64,000 nt of DNA from Mobula hypostoma (GCF_963921235.1 NC_086117.1:27280001-27344000); one strand, 5' to 3'; positions 1 through 12,830 are shown, numbered from the stretch's first letter. Translations and numbers: made by a program. Notes: generated by a model from the sequence alone, not told the origin.

Positions 1-1262
1 TGTCACACTGTCAGAGGGACGGTACTGAGGGAGTGTCACACTGTCAGAGGGACGGTACTGAGAGAGTGTCGCACTGTCGGAGGGACGGTACTGAGGGAGT
101 GTCACACTGTCGCAGGGACGGTACGGAGGGAGTGTCGCACTGTCGGAGGGACTTACTGAGGGAGTGTCGTACTGTCAGAGGGACGGTACTGAGGGATCTC
201 ACACTGTCAGAGGGACTGTACTGAGGGAGTGTCACACTGTCAGAGGGGCAGTACTGAGGGAGTGTTACACTGTCAGAGGGACAGTACTGAGAGAGTGTCA
301 CACCACACTGTCGGAGGGATGGTACCGAGGGAGTGTCACACTGTCGGAGGGACGGTACCGAGGGAGTGTCACACTGTCGGAGGGACTTACTGAGGGAGTG
401 TCACACTGTCAGAGGGACAGTACTGAGGGCATGTCACACTGTCAGAGGGACGGTACTGAGGGAGTGTCGCACTGTTCAAGGGACTTACTGAGGGAGTGTC
501 GCACTGTTGGAGGGACGGTACTGAGGGAGTGTCACACTGTTGGAGGGACAGTACTGAGGGAGTGTCACACTGTCAGAGGGACAGTACTGAGGGAGTGTCA
601 CACTGTCAGAGGGACGGTACTGAGAGAGTGTCGCACTGTCGGAGGGACGGTACTGAGGGAGTGTCACACTGTCAGAGGGACAGTACTGAGGGAATGTCAG
701 ACTGTCAGAGGGACAGTGATGAGGGAGTGTCGCACTGTCAGAGGAACTGTACTGAGGGAGTCTCGCACTGTCGGAGGGACTTACTGAGGGAGTGTCGCAC
801 TGTCGGAGGGATGGTACGGAGGGAGTGTCGCACTGTCGGAGGGACTGTACTGAGGGAGTGTCACGCTGTCGGAGGGACAGTACTGAGGGAGCATCGCACT
901 GTCAGAGGGACAGTACTGATGGAGTGTCACACTGTCAGAGGGACAGTACTGAGGGAGTGTCGCACTGTGAGAGGGACGGTACCGAGGGAGCATCACAGTG
1001 TCAGAGGGACGGTACCAAGGGAGTGTCGCACTGTCGGAGGGACGGTACTGAGGGAGTGTCGCACTGTCGGGGGGACTTACTGAGGGAGTGTCACACTGTC
1101 GGAGGGACAGTATTGAGGGAGTGTCACACTGTCGGAGGGCAGTACTGAGAGAGTGTCACACTGTCAGAGGGACGGTACTGAGGGAGTGTCACACTGTCAG
1201 AGGGACAGTACTGAGGGAGTGTCGCACTGTCGGAGGGACGGTACTGAGGGAGTGTCACAGTG
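1..1262. repeat. 33-bp minisatellite (TGTCACACTGTCAGAGGGACGGTACTGAGGGAG)n in an ADAMTS13 intron
   Basis: Direct tandem repetition; translates as 11-aa periodic ORFs (VLRECHTVRGT); occasional 31-bp variant units. Confidence 0.97.
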
Positions 1263-1398
1263 TTAGTTACTATTGAGAAAGGCTGCCATACTGGAGGTTT
1301 TCATGTAGTAAGATTTAATTATGCTAATGTGCTATTTAATAGAGTATGTGGCCACTTCAAATATTCATAAAGTTGCTTGCGCTGTTTTATTTTCTCAG

Positions 1399-1534
1399 GT
1401 GTATCGGAAATATGGGAAAGAATATGGAGATATTGTGAATCCGAACATCACGTATAGCCTCTATGTTGCAAAGCGAGATCATTCATACATCTGGCTCCCA
1501 GTTACTGAGCCATGTTCAACAAGCTGTGGGCCCG
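1399..1534 (+). CDS. ADAMTS13: ADAMTS13 exon: spacer end and start of TSP1-2
   Basis: tttctcag|GTG..G|gtgaga; VYRKYGKEYGDIVNPNITY..WLPVTEPCSTSCGPG resembles human VYRRYGEEYGNLTRPDITF..CSVSCGAG; 136 nt, phase 0-1. Confidence 0.95.
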
Positions 1535-1879
1535 GTGAGAAATCCCAACAAAACTCTTACTTAATACTTATGTCCATCATACTAAGCAGGGGTGACACCA
1601 ATTTTTATTTCTTAAACCAATCGATTTAGGATTCATATAAATAAAGAACTTTACAAGCACACGGAGGCTAACTGACTCGTTGAATACATACCAGCCTACT
1701 CTCAATTTTCACCTCTTGGGTCTACGACGTTGTTAGTTACAGGACATCAAACATTCTTATAAGTATATTTAATTGTGGAGAACATTTCTATCTCCATCAT
1801 CGTTTAGTGAGTTTATGACTTTTACTAACCTCTAATCGCTCTTCCAGTAACTTAAACGTCATGGAGTTATCAATGCAGT

Positions 1880-2510
1880 TATACAGAGGGCAAGACAGCA
1901 ACTATACTTCATTAGGAGTTTGAAGAGATTTGGTATGTCAATAAATACACTCAAGAACTTCTATAGTTGTGCTGTGGAGAGCATTCTGACAGGCTGCATC
2001 ACTGTCTGGAATGGCGGGGAGGCTGCTGCACAGGACCAAAAGAAGCTGCAGAGGATCATAAATTTAGTCGGCTCCATCTTGGGTACTAGTCTACAAAGTA
2101 CCCAGGACATCTTCAAGGAGCGGTGTCTCAGAAAGGCAGCGTCCATTAGTAAGATCCTTTAGCACCCAGGGCATGCCCTTTTCTCACTGTTACCCTCAGG
2201 AAGGAGGTACAGAAGCCTGAAGGCACACACTCAGCGATTCAGGAACAGCTTCTTCCCCTCTGCCATCCGATTCCTAAATGGACATTGAACCCTTGAACAC
2301 TACCTCACTTTTTAAATGCATATTATTTCTGTTTTTTGCACGATTTTTAATCTATTCAATATACGTATACTGTAATTGAATTACTTATTTATTTATTTAT
2401 TATTATTTTATCTTTTTCTTCCATATTATGTCTTGCATTACGCTGCTGCTGCTAAGTTAACAAATTTCACGACACATGCCGGTGATAATAAACCTGATTC
2501 TGAATCTGAT
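1880..2510 (+). mobile_element. Rex1/Babar-type LINE 3' fragment
   Basis: NFYSCAVESILTGCITVW..LPSGRRYRSL..RFRNSFFPSAIR-type C-terminus; AATAAA and (CTGATT)-like tail. Confidence 0.8.
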
Positions 2511-2552
2511 TAAATCTTGGTGAACTCAACTAAAGGAAATGCATTCTGCACT

Positions 2553-3870
2553 TAGAACCATAGAACCATAGGAACCATAGGAACCATAGAAACCATAGAA
2601 ACCATAGAACCATAGAAACCATAGAAACCAGAGAACCATAGAAACCATAGAAACCAGAGAACCATAGAAACCATAGAACCATAGAAACCATAGAAACCAT
2701 AGAAACCATAGAAAGCATAGAAACATTACAGCACAGAAACAGGCCTTTTAGCCCTTCTTGGCTGTGTCGAACCATTTTTCTCCCTAGTCCCACTGACCTG
2801 CACCTGGACCATATCCCTCCATACACCTCTCATCCATGTACCTGTCCAAGTTTTTCTTAAATGTTAAAAGTGAGCCCGCATTTACCACTTCATCTGGCAG
2901 CTCATTCCACACTCCCACCACTCTTTGTGTGAGGACAATAGACAATAGGTGCAGGAGTAGGCCATTCGTCCCTTCAAGCCAGCACCGCCATTCACTGTGA
3001 TCATGGCTGATCATCCACAATCAGTATCCAGTTCCTGCCTTATCCCCATAACCTTTGATTCCGCCATCTTTAAGAGCTCTATCCATCTCTTTCTTGAAAG
3101 CATCCAGAGACTTGGCCTCCACAGCCTTCTGGGGCAGAGCATTCCATACATCCACCACTCTCTGGGTGAAAAAGTTTTTCCTCAACTCCGTTCTAAATGG
3201 CCTACCCCTTATTCTTAAACTGTGGCCTCTGGTTCTGGACTCACCCATCAGCAGGAACATGCTTCCTGCCTCCAGCGTGTCCAATCCCTTAATAATCTTA
3301 AATGTTTCAATAAGATTCCCTCTCAGCCTTCTAAATTCCAGAGTATACAAGCCCAGTCGCTCCAATCTTTCAACATATGACAGTCCCGCCATCCTGGGAA
3401 TTAACCTTGTGAACCTGCGCTACATTCCCTCAATAGCAAGAATGTCCTTCCTCAAATTTGGAGACCAAAACTGCACACAGTACTCCAGGTGTGGTCTCAC
3501 CAGGGCCCTGTACAGCTGCAGAAGGACCTCTTTGCTCCTATACTCAATTCCCCTTGTTAGGAAGCCCCCCCGCCAATGTTCTCTTTAAACTTTTCCCCCT
3601 TCACCCTTAACCTATGTCCTCTAGTTTTTTTTCTCCCCTAGCCTCGGTGGAAAAAGCCTGACTGCATTCACTCTATCTATACCCATCATAATTTTATATA
3701 CCTCTATCAAATCTCCCCTCATTCTTCTACGCTCCAGGAAATAAAGTCCTAACCTATTCAACATTTCTCATTAACTCAGTTTCTCAAGTCCCAGCAACAT
3801 CCTTGTAAACCTTCTCTGCACTCTTTCAACCTTACTAATATCCTTCCTGTAATTTGGTGACCAAAACTTA
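2553..3870 (-). mobile_element. CR1 LINE 3' fragment with expanded (CATAGAAAC)n tail (2553-2725), interrupted by a younger CR1 (about 2935-3560)
   Basis: Minus-strand ORFs SYVERLERLGLYTLEFRRLRGNLIETFKI and TQRVVGVWNELP; the inner copy has its own (CAATAGA) tail. Confidence 0.88.
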
Positions 3871-4436
3871 TCTCTCATCTTTACACAACTCACCATAATC
3901 TACTACCTGATATTTTTTCACAATCCCAGTCCATCATGCCATTATTTATCCACACTTCTTAACCAGCAAGACCCGTACGTTTCTTTTCTGCCCTTGAATC
4001 TTCCACCCTTCATGTCATATGGCATCTATTGGTAGCTTGACTTGTTGCTCACCATCTACCTGCTTGGAGTTACATTTTCTCATTTCTACGGAGGTGTTGA
4101 TCATTCAGTGAGTTCATGACTACACACACTCTGCAGAGTTTGTCTTCTTCTGCATATTAGTTGTTTGTCAGTATTTGTGTGTAGATTTTTTTATTGATTC
4201 TATTTCATTTCTTTGTTCTACTGTGAAAGCCTGCAAGAAACTGAATCTCAGGCTAGTACATGGTGATATCTAAGCACTTTGATAATAAATTTATAAATTT
4301 ATTTTGAACTTAGTACTATGCCTTCACGATATCACTGTATACACACACCCTGTGCCAACGTTGGTGTTCCATAGTGACCACACATCTGAACGTCTGAATG
4401 ACTGTGGATTTGATGATATGTTTTGCACCATTGCAG

Positions 4437-4566
4437 GAACTACAAGAGTTCATTATCTGTGTAGTGACCAGAAACAGGGACAAGTTGTGGAAATGCAGCA
4501 CTGCTCGAAGTCAACGAGGCCGCCTGATAGGCTGGAATCCTGTAACACTGCACCATGCCCTTCCTG
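4437..4566 (+). CDS. ADAMTS13: ADAMTS13 exon: remainder of TSP1-2
   Basis: ttgcag|GA..TG|gtaagt; TTRVHYLCSDQ..ESCNTAPCPSW; 130 nt, phase 1-2. Confidence 0.93.
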
Positions 4567-4669
4567 GTAAGTTAGTGAAACATCCAACAGCAGAATTCCA
4601 TGTTCTTCCTATTTTCTCTCTCCTTACTTGACTGTGCTGACTCCAAATGGGATGTATCGACAATGTTCT

Positions 4670-5615
4670 ATGGGTCCCACACACGCTGACCCTCACTGGG
4701 AGACAGGTCCCACACACACTGACCCTCACTGGGAGACAGGTCCCACACACACTGACCCTCACTGGGGGGTCCCACACACACTGACCCTCACTGGGGGGGG
4801 GCAGGTCCCACACACACTGACCCTCACTGGGGGATGGGTCCCACACACACTGACTCTCACTGGGGGACGGGTCCCACACACACACTGACCGTCACTGGGG
4901 GACGGGTCCCACACACACTGACCCTCACTGGGGGACGGGTCCCACACACACACTGACCCTCACTGGGGGACGGGTCCCACACACACACTGACCGTCACTG
5001 GGGGACGGGTCCCACACACACTGACCCTCGCTGGGGGACGGGTCCCACACACACACTGACCCTCACTGGGGGACGGGTCCCACACACACTGACCCTCACT
5101 GGGAGATGGGGTCCACACACACTGACCCTCACTGGGAGACGGGATCCACATACATTGACCCTCACTGGGGGTGGGTCACACACATACTGACCCTCACTGG
5201 GGGACAGGTCCCACACACACTGACCCTCACTGGGGACGGGTCCCACACACACTGACCCTCACTGGGGGACAGGTCCCACACACACTGACCCTCACTGGGG
5301 ACAGGTCCCACACACACTGACCCTCACTGGGGGACAGGTCCCACATACACTGACCCTCACTGGGGACGGGTCCCACACACACTGACCCTCACTGGGGGAC
5401 GGGACACACACACACTGACCCTCACTGGGGGACGGATCCCACACACACTGACCCTCACTGGGGGGGGCAGGTCCCACACACACTGACCCTCACTGGGGGA
5501 TGGGTCCCACACACACACACTGACCCTCACTGGGGGACTATACCACACACACACTGACCCTCACTGGGGGGACGGGTCCCACACACACTGACCCTCACTG
5601 GGGGATGGATCCCAC
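4670..5615. repeat. About 32-bp minisatellite (CCCACACACACTGACCCTCACTGGGGGACGGGT)n
   Basis: Direct tandem repetition with variable CA and G-run lengths. Confidence 0.96.
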
Positions 5616-6492
5616 CCCGCATTGAAATTCGGAAGGGATGAATTCCACAGACACCGATTCGAGTTCAGGTATTGTTTCCACGGACACAGAGCTCACTTGA
5701 GTATGGATTCCACTGGGCAATCTTCATTCGTTGTGACCCCAGATCCACAGTGGGGTGTGATACCTGGCTTAATCCTGTCCTCAGCTGATCACTTAACTCT
5801 GCAGAAGCATCAGTAACATCGTCTAATCCTCTCCTAAAATGTCCTTATCCAAATGCCCGAAGTGAGCCAGGCAAGATTAGTGTGTTCACCAGAATTCTGG
5901 AAAGTGGCTGGTCCCAAATGCCATATGCATTTATCAAATTAGCTATCAGGGTGCTTCCGAACTCTGTTCAGTGACCAGAGCTCGGAGCAAGAGGTAGAAC
6001 TAAAAGACTTAACTACATTGTTCTTCTCAATGAAGAGAATAGCAAGCATTTCTACTCAAAGAATGATACAACTCTGAGGGAGCACCGGACACATTGTGTC
6101 TCTGCCAGCTCTTTCAACTAATTAGCCCCATTCGCTTGCTTGTTCTCTTTAACTTCTGATTCCCAAAACTCTTCAAGCAGTAAATTCATGATCAGAGCAT
6201 GATATTGTAATTTCCATCTTCTCTCTGTTTCATTCAGTAACACACATACACTTTGATAACTATTCCTTCAACACAATCATCTATAGATTTTCTTTTTAAT
6301 CTTCGGGGGTCTCATGGAATCCCAGAGAACATATTTATCGTTATGGCTACTGCAGGAAGAAATTTACCACCTTTCCACCCCCTGCCCTTGCTCATCTCTC
6401 TGACCCATTAAAAAGAAACTCTGTTGCAAACTTTCTCTTGCTATTGCTGTGCAGTTCCTGAACTTCTCCCGGTTGCTAATCTGGATCTACAG

Positions 6493-6672
6493 GTGGGAGG
6501 TGGGCGAGTTTGGCGCGTGCAGCATCTCCTGTGGCGGAGGACAGCGAGAAAGGGACGTTCGTTGCCTGAAGCAAGAGGGAACTGACACCCGGCGGACCTC
6601 TGACGCGGATTGCGCTGGTTCTCCCAGACCCGAGTCAAAGGAAACGTGTAACAACCACAGCTGCCCTGTCAG
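6493..6672 (+). CDS. ADAMTS13: ADAMTS13 exon: TSP1-3
   Basis: ctacag|G..AG|gtatgt; WEVGEFGACSISCGGGQRERDVRC..CNNHSCPVR; 180 nt, phase 2-2. Confidence 0.95.
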
Positions 6673-6709
6673 GTATGTGGTTAAGAAGTGAGTCGATTAC
6701 ACCAAAAGC

Positions 6710-7268
6710 NNNNNNNNNNNNNNNNNNNNNNNNNNNNNNNNNNNNNNNNNNNNNNNNNNNNNNNNNNNNNNNNNNNNNNNNNNNNNNNNNNNNNNNNNNN
6801 NNNNNNNNNNNNNNNNNNNNNNNNNNNNNNNNNNNNNNNNNNNNNNNNNNNNNNNNNNNNNNNNNNNNNNNNNNNNNNNNNNNNNNNNNGGGACAGGGGC
6901 AGGGGCAGGGGCAGGGGCTGGGACANNNNNNNNNNNNNNNNNNNNNNNNNNNNNNNNNNNNNNNNNNNNNNNNNNNNNNNNNNNNNNNNNNNNNNNNNNN
7001 NNNNNNNNNNNNNNNNNNNNNNNNNNNNNNNNNNNNNNNNNNNNNNNNNNNNNNNNNNNNNNNNNNNNNNNNNNNNNNNNNNNNNNNNNNNNNNNNNNNN
7101 NNNNNNNNNNNNNNNNNNNNNNNNNNNNNNNNNNNNNNNNNNNNNNNNNNNNNNNNNNNNNNNNNNNNNNNNNNNNNNNNNNNNNNNNNNNNNNNNNNNN
7201 NNNNNNNNNNNNNNNNNNNNNNNNNNNNNNNNNNNNNNNNNNNNNNNNNNNNNNNNNNNNNNNNNNNN
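6710..7268. other. Two N runs (6710-6889, 6926-7268) around a (GGGGCA)n island
   Basis: Unresolved bases seen directly. Confidence 0.99.
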
Positions 7269-7344
7269 GGATTAGATGGGAACCACTCACAGAGTCTGAG
7301 ATAGAGGGAGGAAGATGGACACTAGCCACAAAGAACAGTGGTAG

Positions 7345-8415
7345 AGAATTATGTAGGGAGCAGGGGAATTATGTGGGGAGTAAGGGAACTACGTGGGGAG
7401 TAAGGGAATTACAGAGGGAGTAAGGGAATTACCTGGGGAGTAAGGGAATTACATGGGGAGTAAGGGAATTACAGAGGGAGCAAGGGAATTACATGGGGAG
7501 TAAGGGAATTATGTGGGGAGTAAGGGAATTACGTGGGTGTAAGGGAATTACGTGGGGAGCAAGGGAATTACGTGGGGAGTAAGGGAATTACGTGGGTGTA
7601 AGGGAATTACATGGGGTGTAAGGGAATTACATGGGGAGTAAGGGAACTACATGGGGAGTAAGGGAATTACATGGGGAGTAAGGGAATTACAGAGGGTGTA
7701 AGGGAATTAAGTGGGAGTAAGGGAATTACAGAGGGTGTTAGGGAATTACGTGGGTGTAAGGGAATTAGGTGGGGAGTAAGGGAATTACAGAGGGAGTAAG
7801 GGAATTACAGAGGGAGCAAGGGAATTACATGGGGAGTAAGGGAATTATGTGGGGAGTAAGGGAATTACGTGGGTGTAAGGGAATTACGTGGGGAGCAAGG
7901 GAATTACGTGGGGAGTAAGGGAATTACGTGGGTGTAAGGGAATTACATGGGGTGTAAGGGAATTACATGGGGAGTAAGGGAACTACATGGGGAGTAAGGG
8001 AATTACATGGGGAGTAAGGGAATTACAGAGGGTGTAAGGGAATTAAGTGGGAGTAAGGGAATTACAGAGGGTGTTAGGGAATTACGTGGGTGTAAGGGAA
8101 TTAGGTGGGGAGTAAGGGAATTACAGAGGGAGTAAGGGAATTATGCAGGGAGCAAGGGAATTACGTGGGGAGTAAGGGAATTACAGAGGGAGTAAGAGAA
8201 TTACAGAGGGAGTAGGGGAATTATGTAGGGAGTAAGGGAATTACGTGGGTGAAAGGGAATTACGTGGGGGGTAAGGGAATTACAGAGGGAGTAAGGGAAT
8301 TATGTAGGGAGTAAGGGAATTACGTGGGTGCAAGGGAATTACGTGGGGGGTAAGGGAATTACAGAGGGAGCAAGGGAATAACATGGGGACTAAGGGAATT
8401 ACGTGGGGAGTAAGG
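7345..8415. repeat. 19-20-bp G-rich minisatellite (GGGGAGTAAGGGAATTACGT)n
   Basis: Direct tandem repetition. Confidence 0.97.
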
Positions 8416-8971
8416 AAGGTGGGGGAAGTTGGTTGGCACATTGGGGGAACAGGAATGCAGTTAGGTGTTCAGACTGGAGATTTTGGGCTGACTCATGAAA
8501 TGTGACGTGCTCTTCATTCGCTACAATCCTCTAATCCTTCCACTCCACCACCGCCCTCCCAATTCCTCCGCTCTGTTCACGATGGGTTACAAATTTCCTG
8601 GCCACCCCCACTCCACTACCCTGCACCTACATTCTTTATCTTTTGGGTGCCAGCTGGCAACAATTGACCGCAAGGTTTCAAAAATGAAGGGCATTCTACC
8701 CGACCCGACCCTTCCCACCTGATGTTAAAAGCACAAGTTTTCAGCTAGGCAAACCACTGTATAATCAGCAAAAGGCCTAACTCAACTTCCCCTCCTGTTC
8801 CAAGAACATTAAGGTTGTGGAATCACCAGCAGCTTGTCATCGTGGGTTAGTACACCCTGTGTTCGAGAGCTTTTGCGGACAATGGCTGCAGGGTTTGACG
8901 GTGTGTCCTGTTCAATAAACTCCGGAACAGCTGAGCGTTCTGGCAAAGTTTTGTCCTCAATGATGTCCTTG

Positions 8972-9528
8972 TTTGTAGTTTTGGTCCCCTAATCTGAGGA
9001 AAGACATTCTTGCCATAGAGGGAGTACAAAGAAAGTTCACCAGATTGATTCCTGGGGCGGCAGGACTTTCATATGATGAAAGACTGGATCGACTAGGCTT
9101 ATACTCTCTGGAATTTAGAAGATTGAGGGGGGATCTGATTGAAATGTATAAAATCCTAAAGGGATTGGACAGGCTAGATGCAGGAAGATTGTTCCCGATG
9201 TTGGGGAAGTCCAGAACGAGGGATCACAGTTTGAGGATAAAGGGGACACCTTTTAGAACTGAGAATAGGAAAAACTTCTTCACACAGAGAGTGGTGAATC
9301 TGTGGAATTCTCTGCCACAGGAAACAGTTGAGGCCAGTTCATTAGCTATATTTAAGAGGGAGTTAGATATGGCCCTTGTGGCTAAAGGGATCAGAGGGTA
9401 TGGAGGGAAGGCTGGTACAGGGTTCTGAGTTGGATGATCAGCCATGATCATACTGAATGGCAGTGCAGGCTCGAAGGGCCGAATGGCCTAATCCTGCACC
9501 TATTTTCTACGTTTCTATGTTTCTATGA
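8972..9528 (+). mobile_element. CR1 LINE 3' fragment ending inside the acceptor of the next ADAMTS13 exon
   Basis: ORF SYDERLDRLGLYSLEFRRLRGDLIEMYKIL; (TTTCTATG) tail; candidate TSD TCCTTG at 8966-8971 and 9529-9534. Confidence 0.92.
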
Positions 9529-9537
9529 TCCTTGCAG

Positions 9538-9742
9538 GTGGAATGTTTCTGAGTTGGGAGTGTGTTCTGCATCCTGTGGAATTGGAGTTGCAGAGCGATC
9601 AGTTACCTGTGTCCAGTTCATCAACGGGGCGGACGTCGAGGTGAATAAGACTCTGTGTCAGGCAGAGACGCAGCCCCCAGACACCACACCGTGCATCATC
9701 AGCATCTGTCCTTTTAAGCTGGATCAGGTACCCTGGTCAGAG
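9538..9742 (+). CDS. ADAMTS13: ADAMTS13 exon: TSP1-4 (intact, T7-like)
   Basis: ttgcag|G..GAG|gtaagt; WNVSELGVCSASCGIGVAERSVTCVQ..CPFKLDQVPWSE; 205 nt, phase 2-0. Confidence 0.94.
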
Positions 9743-10269
9743 GTAAGTGCATCCTTCCCCTGAGACTCCTTGTACGAGCGGGGACCTACGGAGGCATATA
9801 CATGGTTTGTGCAAACACAATATATACAAAACACTAAAGCTGACAGGACAAGTTGATAATCTGGCTAAAAGAGACACATAAATTTCCTGGGCTTATATCT
9901 TTAACTGCAGAATATTTAAAGCAAACAGGTTGTGAGGGAACATTTAGACCTCGTAAGGAATAGTGAAGTTAAATCTGCACACCTCACTGCAGAACAAATG
10001 TAAAGGCCTAAGCAAAGGTACCAAAGAGACTTTTCAGAATGTTACCAAAGAATAGAGGCTGGTTCTGATCATGGAACATTAATTCTGTTTCCCTCTCCAC
10101 AGTCAGAGCCTGACTACTGAGTATTTGCAACAGTTCCTGTATTTATTTCAGACATCCAACTTCTGCACCATTTTGCTTTCCAATATGTTGGAGAAACTCT
10201 CCTTATTGTAATTATTATTGTTCTCCGTTATGCCACAGGCATTTAGGACAGCAATGAAGGCCCTCCAAG

Positions 10270-11965
10270 TTAAAGAGAGGTGAGATTAGATATTAGACCA
10301 CTGGAAAGTGACACTGGAGAGGTAGTAATGGGGGACAAAATGACTAAGTATTTGGCACCAGTCTTCTCTGTGGAAGACACTAGCAGTATGCTGGAATTCA
10401 AGCGTGCCGGGGAGGCAGAAATGAGTGCCGTTGCTATTACTAGGAAGATGTTTTTTTGGAAAACTGAAAGGTCTGAAGGTAGATAAGTCACCTGGACCAG
10501 GTGGTGTGCACCCCAGGGTTCGGAAAGAGGTGGCTGAAAAGGTTGTAAAAGCGCAAACAACAGGGATTCTGCAGATGCTGGAAATTCAAGCAACACACAT
10601 CAAAGTTGCTGGTGAACGCAGCAGGCCAAGCAGCATCTCTAGGAAGAGGTACAGTCGACGTTTCAGGCCGAGACCCTTTGTCAGGACTAACTGAAGGAAG
10701 AGTTAGTAAGAGATTTCAAAGTGGGAGGGGGAGGGGGAGATCCAAAATGATAGGAGAAGACAGGAGGGGGAGGGATGGAGCCAAGAGCTGGACAGGTGAT
10801 TGGCAAAGGGGATACGAGATGATCATGGGACAGGAGGCCTAGGGAGAAAGACAAGGGGCGGGGTGGGGGAAAGCCAGAGGATGGGCAAGGGGTATAGTCA
10901 GAGGGACAGAGGGAGGAAAAGGAGAGTGAGAGAAAGAATGTGTGTATAAAAATAAATAACGGATGGGGTAGGAGGGGGAGGTGGGGCATTAGCGGAAGTT
11001 AGAGAAGTCGATGTTCATGCCATCAGGTTGGATGCTACCCAGACGGAATATATGGTGTTGTTCCTCCAACCTGAGTGTGGCTTCATCTTTACAGTAGAGG
11101 AGGCTGTGGATAGACATGTCAGAATGGGAATGGGATGTGGAATTAAAATGCGTGGCTACTGGGAGATCCTGCTTTCTCTGGCAGGCAGAGCGTAGATGTT
11201 CAAGTAGGTGTTGTAAAAGCATCAGTAAAGATCTTTCAAGAATCCCTAGATTTTGGCATGGTTCTGGAGGACTGGAAAATTGCAAATGTCACTTCACTCT
11301 TCAAGAAGGGAGGAAAGCAGAAGAAAGGAAACTATAGGCCAGTTAGTCTGACGTCAATGGTTTGGGAAGATGTTGGGGTCAATTGTTAAGGATGAGGTCT
11401 CAAGGTACTTGGAGGTACATGATAAAATCGGCCAAATTCAGCATGGTTTCCTTCAGAGGAAATCGTACCTAAGATATCTGTTGGAATTCTTTGAAGAAAT
11501 AACAAGCAGGGTAGAGAAAGGAGAATCAGTGGATGTTGTTTACTTAGATTTCAGAAGACCTTTGACAAGGTGCCATACATGAGGTTACTTAACAAGATAG
11601 GAGCCCATGGTATTACAGGAAAGACACTAGCATGGATAAGCATTAGCTGATTGGCAGGAGGCAAAGGAAATAAAGGAACCAGCCTTTTCTGGATGGCTGC
11701 TGGTGACTAGTGATGTTCCGCAGGGGTCAGTGTTGGGACCATTTCCTTTTACGTTACACATCAATGAGTTGGATGACGGACTTGATGGCTTTGTGGCCAA
11801 GTTTGCGGATGATACAAAGTTAGGTGGAGGGGCAGGTAGTGTTGAGGAAGCAGGGAGTCTGCAGAGGAGCTTAGACAGATTAGAAGAATTGGCAAAGAAG
11901 AGGCCACTGGAGTACAATGTCAGGAGGTCTATGGTCATGTACTTTGGTAGAAGGAAAGAAGCGTA
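10270..11965 (+). mobile_element. Degraded CR1 ORF2 (RT) fragment, split by a Penelope-like insertion
   Basis: KSPGP, QHGF, VDVVYLDF, VPQGSVLGP and KFADDTKL motifs with frameshifts. Confidence 0.9.
10553..11209 (-). mobile_element. Penelope-like element 3' end: GIY-YIG C-terminus plus 3' region with a hammerhead motif (10652-10689)
   Basis: PVATHFNSTSHSHSDM..RLEEQHHIFRLGSIQPDGMNIDFSNF*; 11-bp TSD GTTGTAAAAGC at 10542-10552 and 11210-11220. Confidence 0.88.
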
Positions 11966-12477
11966 GATGGGTTGGGTTTGGATTAGCTGACATCAAGCCA
12001 GTTGGGTTTCAATTTTATACCTGATGAGATATCTGCAAAGAATAAGGGTCTTTAGTTAATGACTGAGGTTGGAAAAGTTGGGAATGTCCTTCATAAAATG
12101 GACATGAATGAGGGATGATCTGGGAAAACTTTTAAAGGCAGGATGCAGCAATGTTGGGAATTCAAACAAAAACATAAAACGCCTGGAAATTTTCTGTTGT
12201 TCTTGAAACATCTGTGTAAGAGGGAGCAGAGTTAACGTTGCACGTTAATGTCATGTCACTAAAAATTTTTAAGATTTTGACAAAGTATATAATGATGAAA
12301 AGTCATTCCCTACAGTGTGTGGTTCAGTGAGCAAGCATAAAATTGTCTACAGGCGGACCAAATAGGATGAGATGAATTTTCTTTCAACGAGAGTTGTCAG
12401 TATCCAGGGTATTCTCCATAAGTAGATGGTGGAAGCTGATTCCATAAATATTTTAAAAAGTGATTCATTCATTCATC

Positions 12478-12830
12478 CATTAGCGTCATGTTGTATAATC
12501 TTTGACCATGATTGTTCTTGGCAAATTTTCCTACAGAAGTGGTTTGCCATTGCCTTCTTCTGGGCGGTACCTTTGCAAGATGGGTGACCCCAGCCATTAT
12601 CAATATTATTCAGAGATCATCCGCCTGGCATCAGTAGTGGCATAACCAGAATTTGTGACATGTACCAGCTGCTTATATGACCATCCACCACCTGATCCCA
12701 TGGCTTCATGTGTGCCTGGTCAGGAGGTTAAGCAGGTGCTACACCTTGCTCGAGGGTGACCTGCAGGCTAGCAGAGGGAAGGCACGCCTTACACCTCCTT
12801 TGGTAGAGACATATCTCCACCCTGCCGCTC
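12478..12830 (-). mobile_element. RTE/BovB-tail SINE-like repeat; second copy at about 32540-32907
   Basis: Two similar copies in the window; GTGGTTTGCCATTGCCTTCTTC motif typical of RTE-mobilised SINEs. Confidence 0.65.

Noticed and set aside
33-1276. Long Cys/His-rich periodic ORFs
   Set aside because: Translations of the 33-bp intronic minisatellite on both strands; no splice or domain support.
4511-5554. Repetitive ORFs and a CRISPR-like appearance
   Set aside because: Head-to-tail minisatellite without unique spacers, in a vertebrate intron with no cas genes.
6675-7329. About 200-aa ORFs
   Set aside because: Artefacts of N runs.
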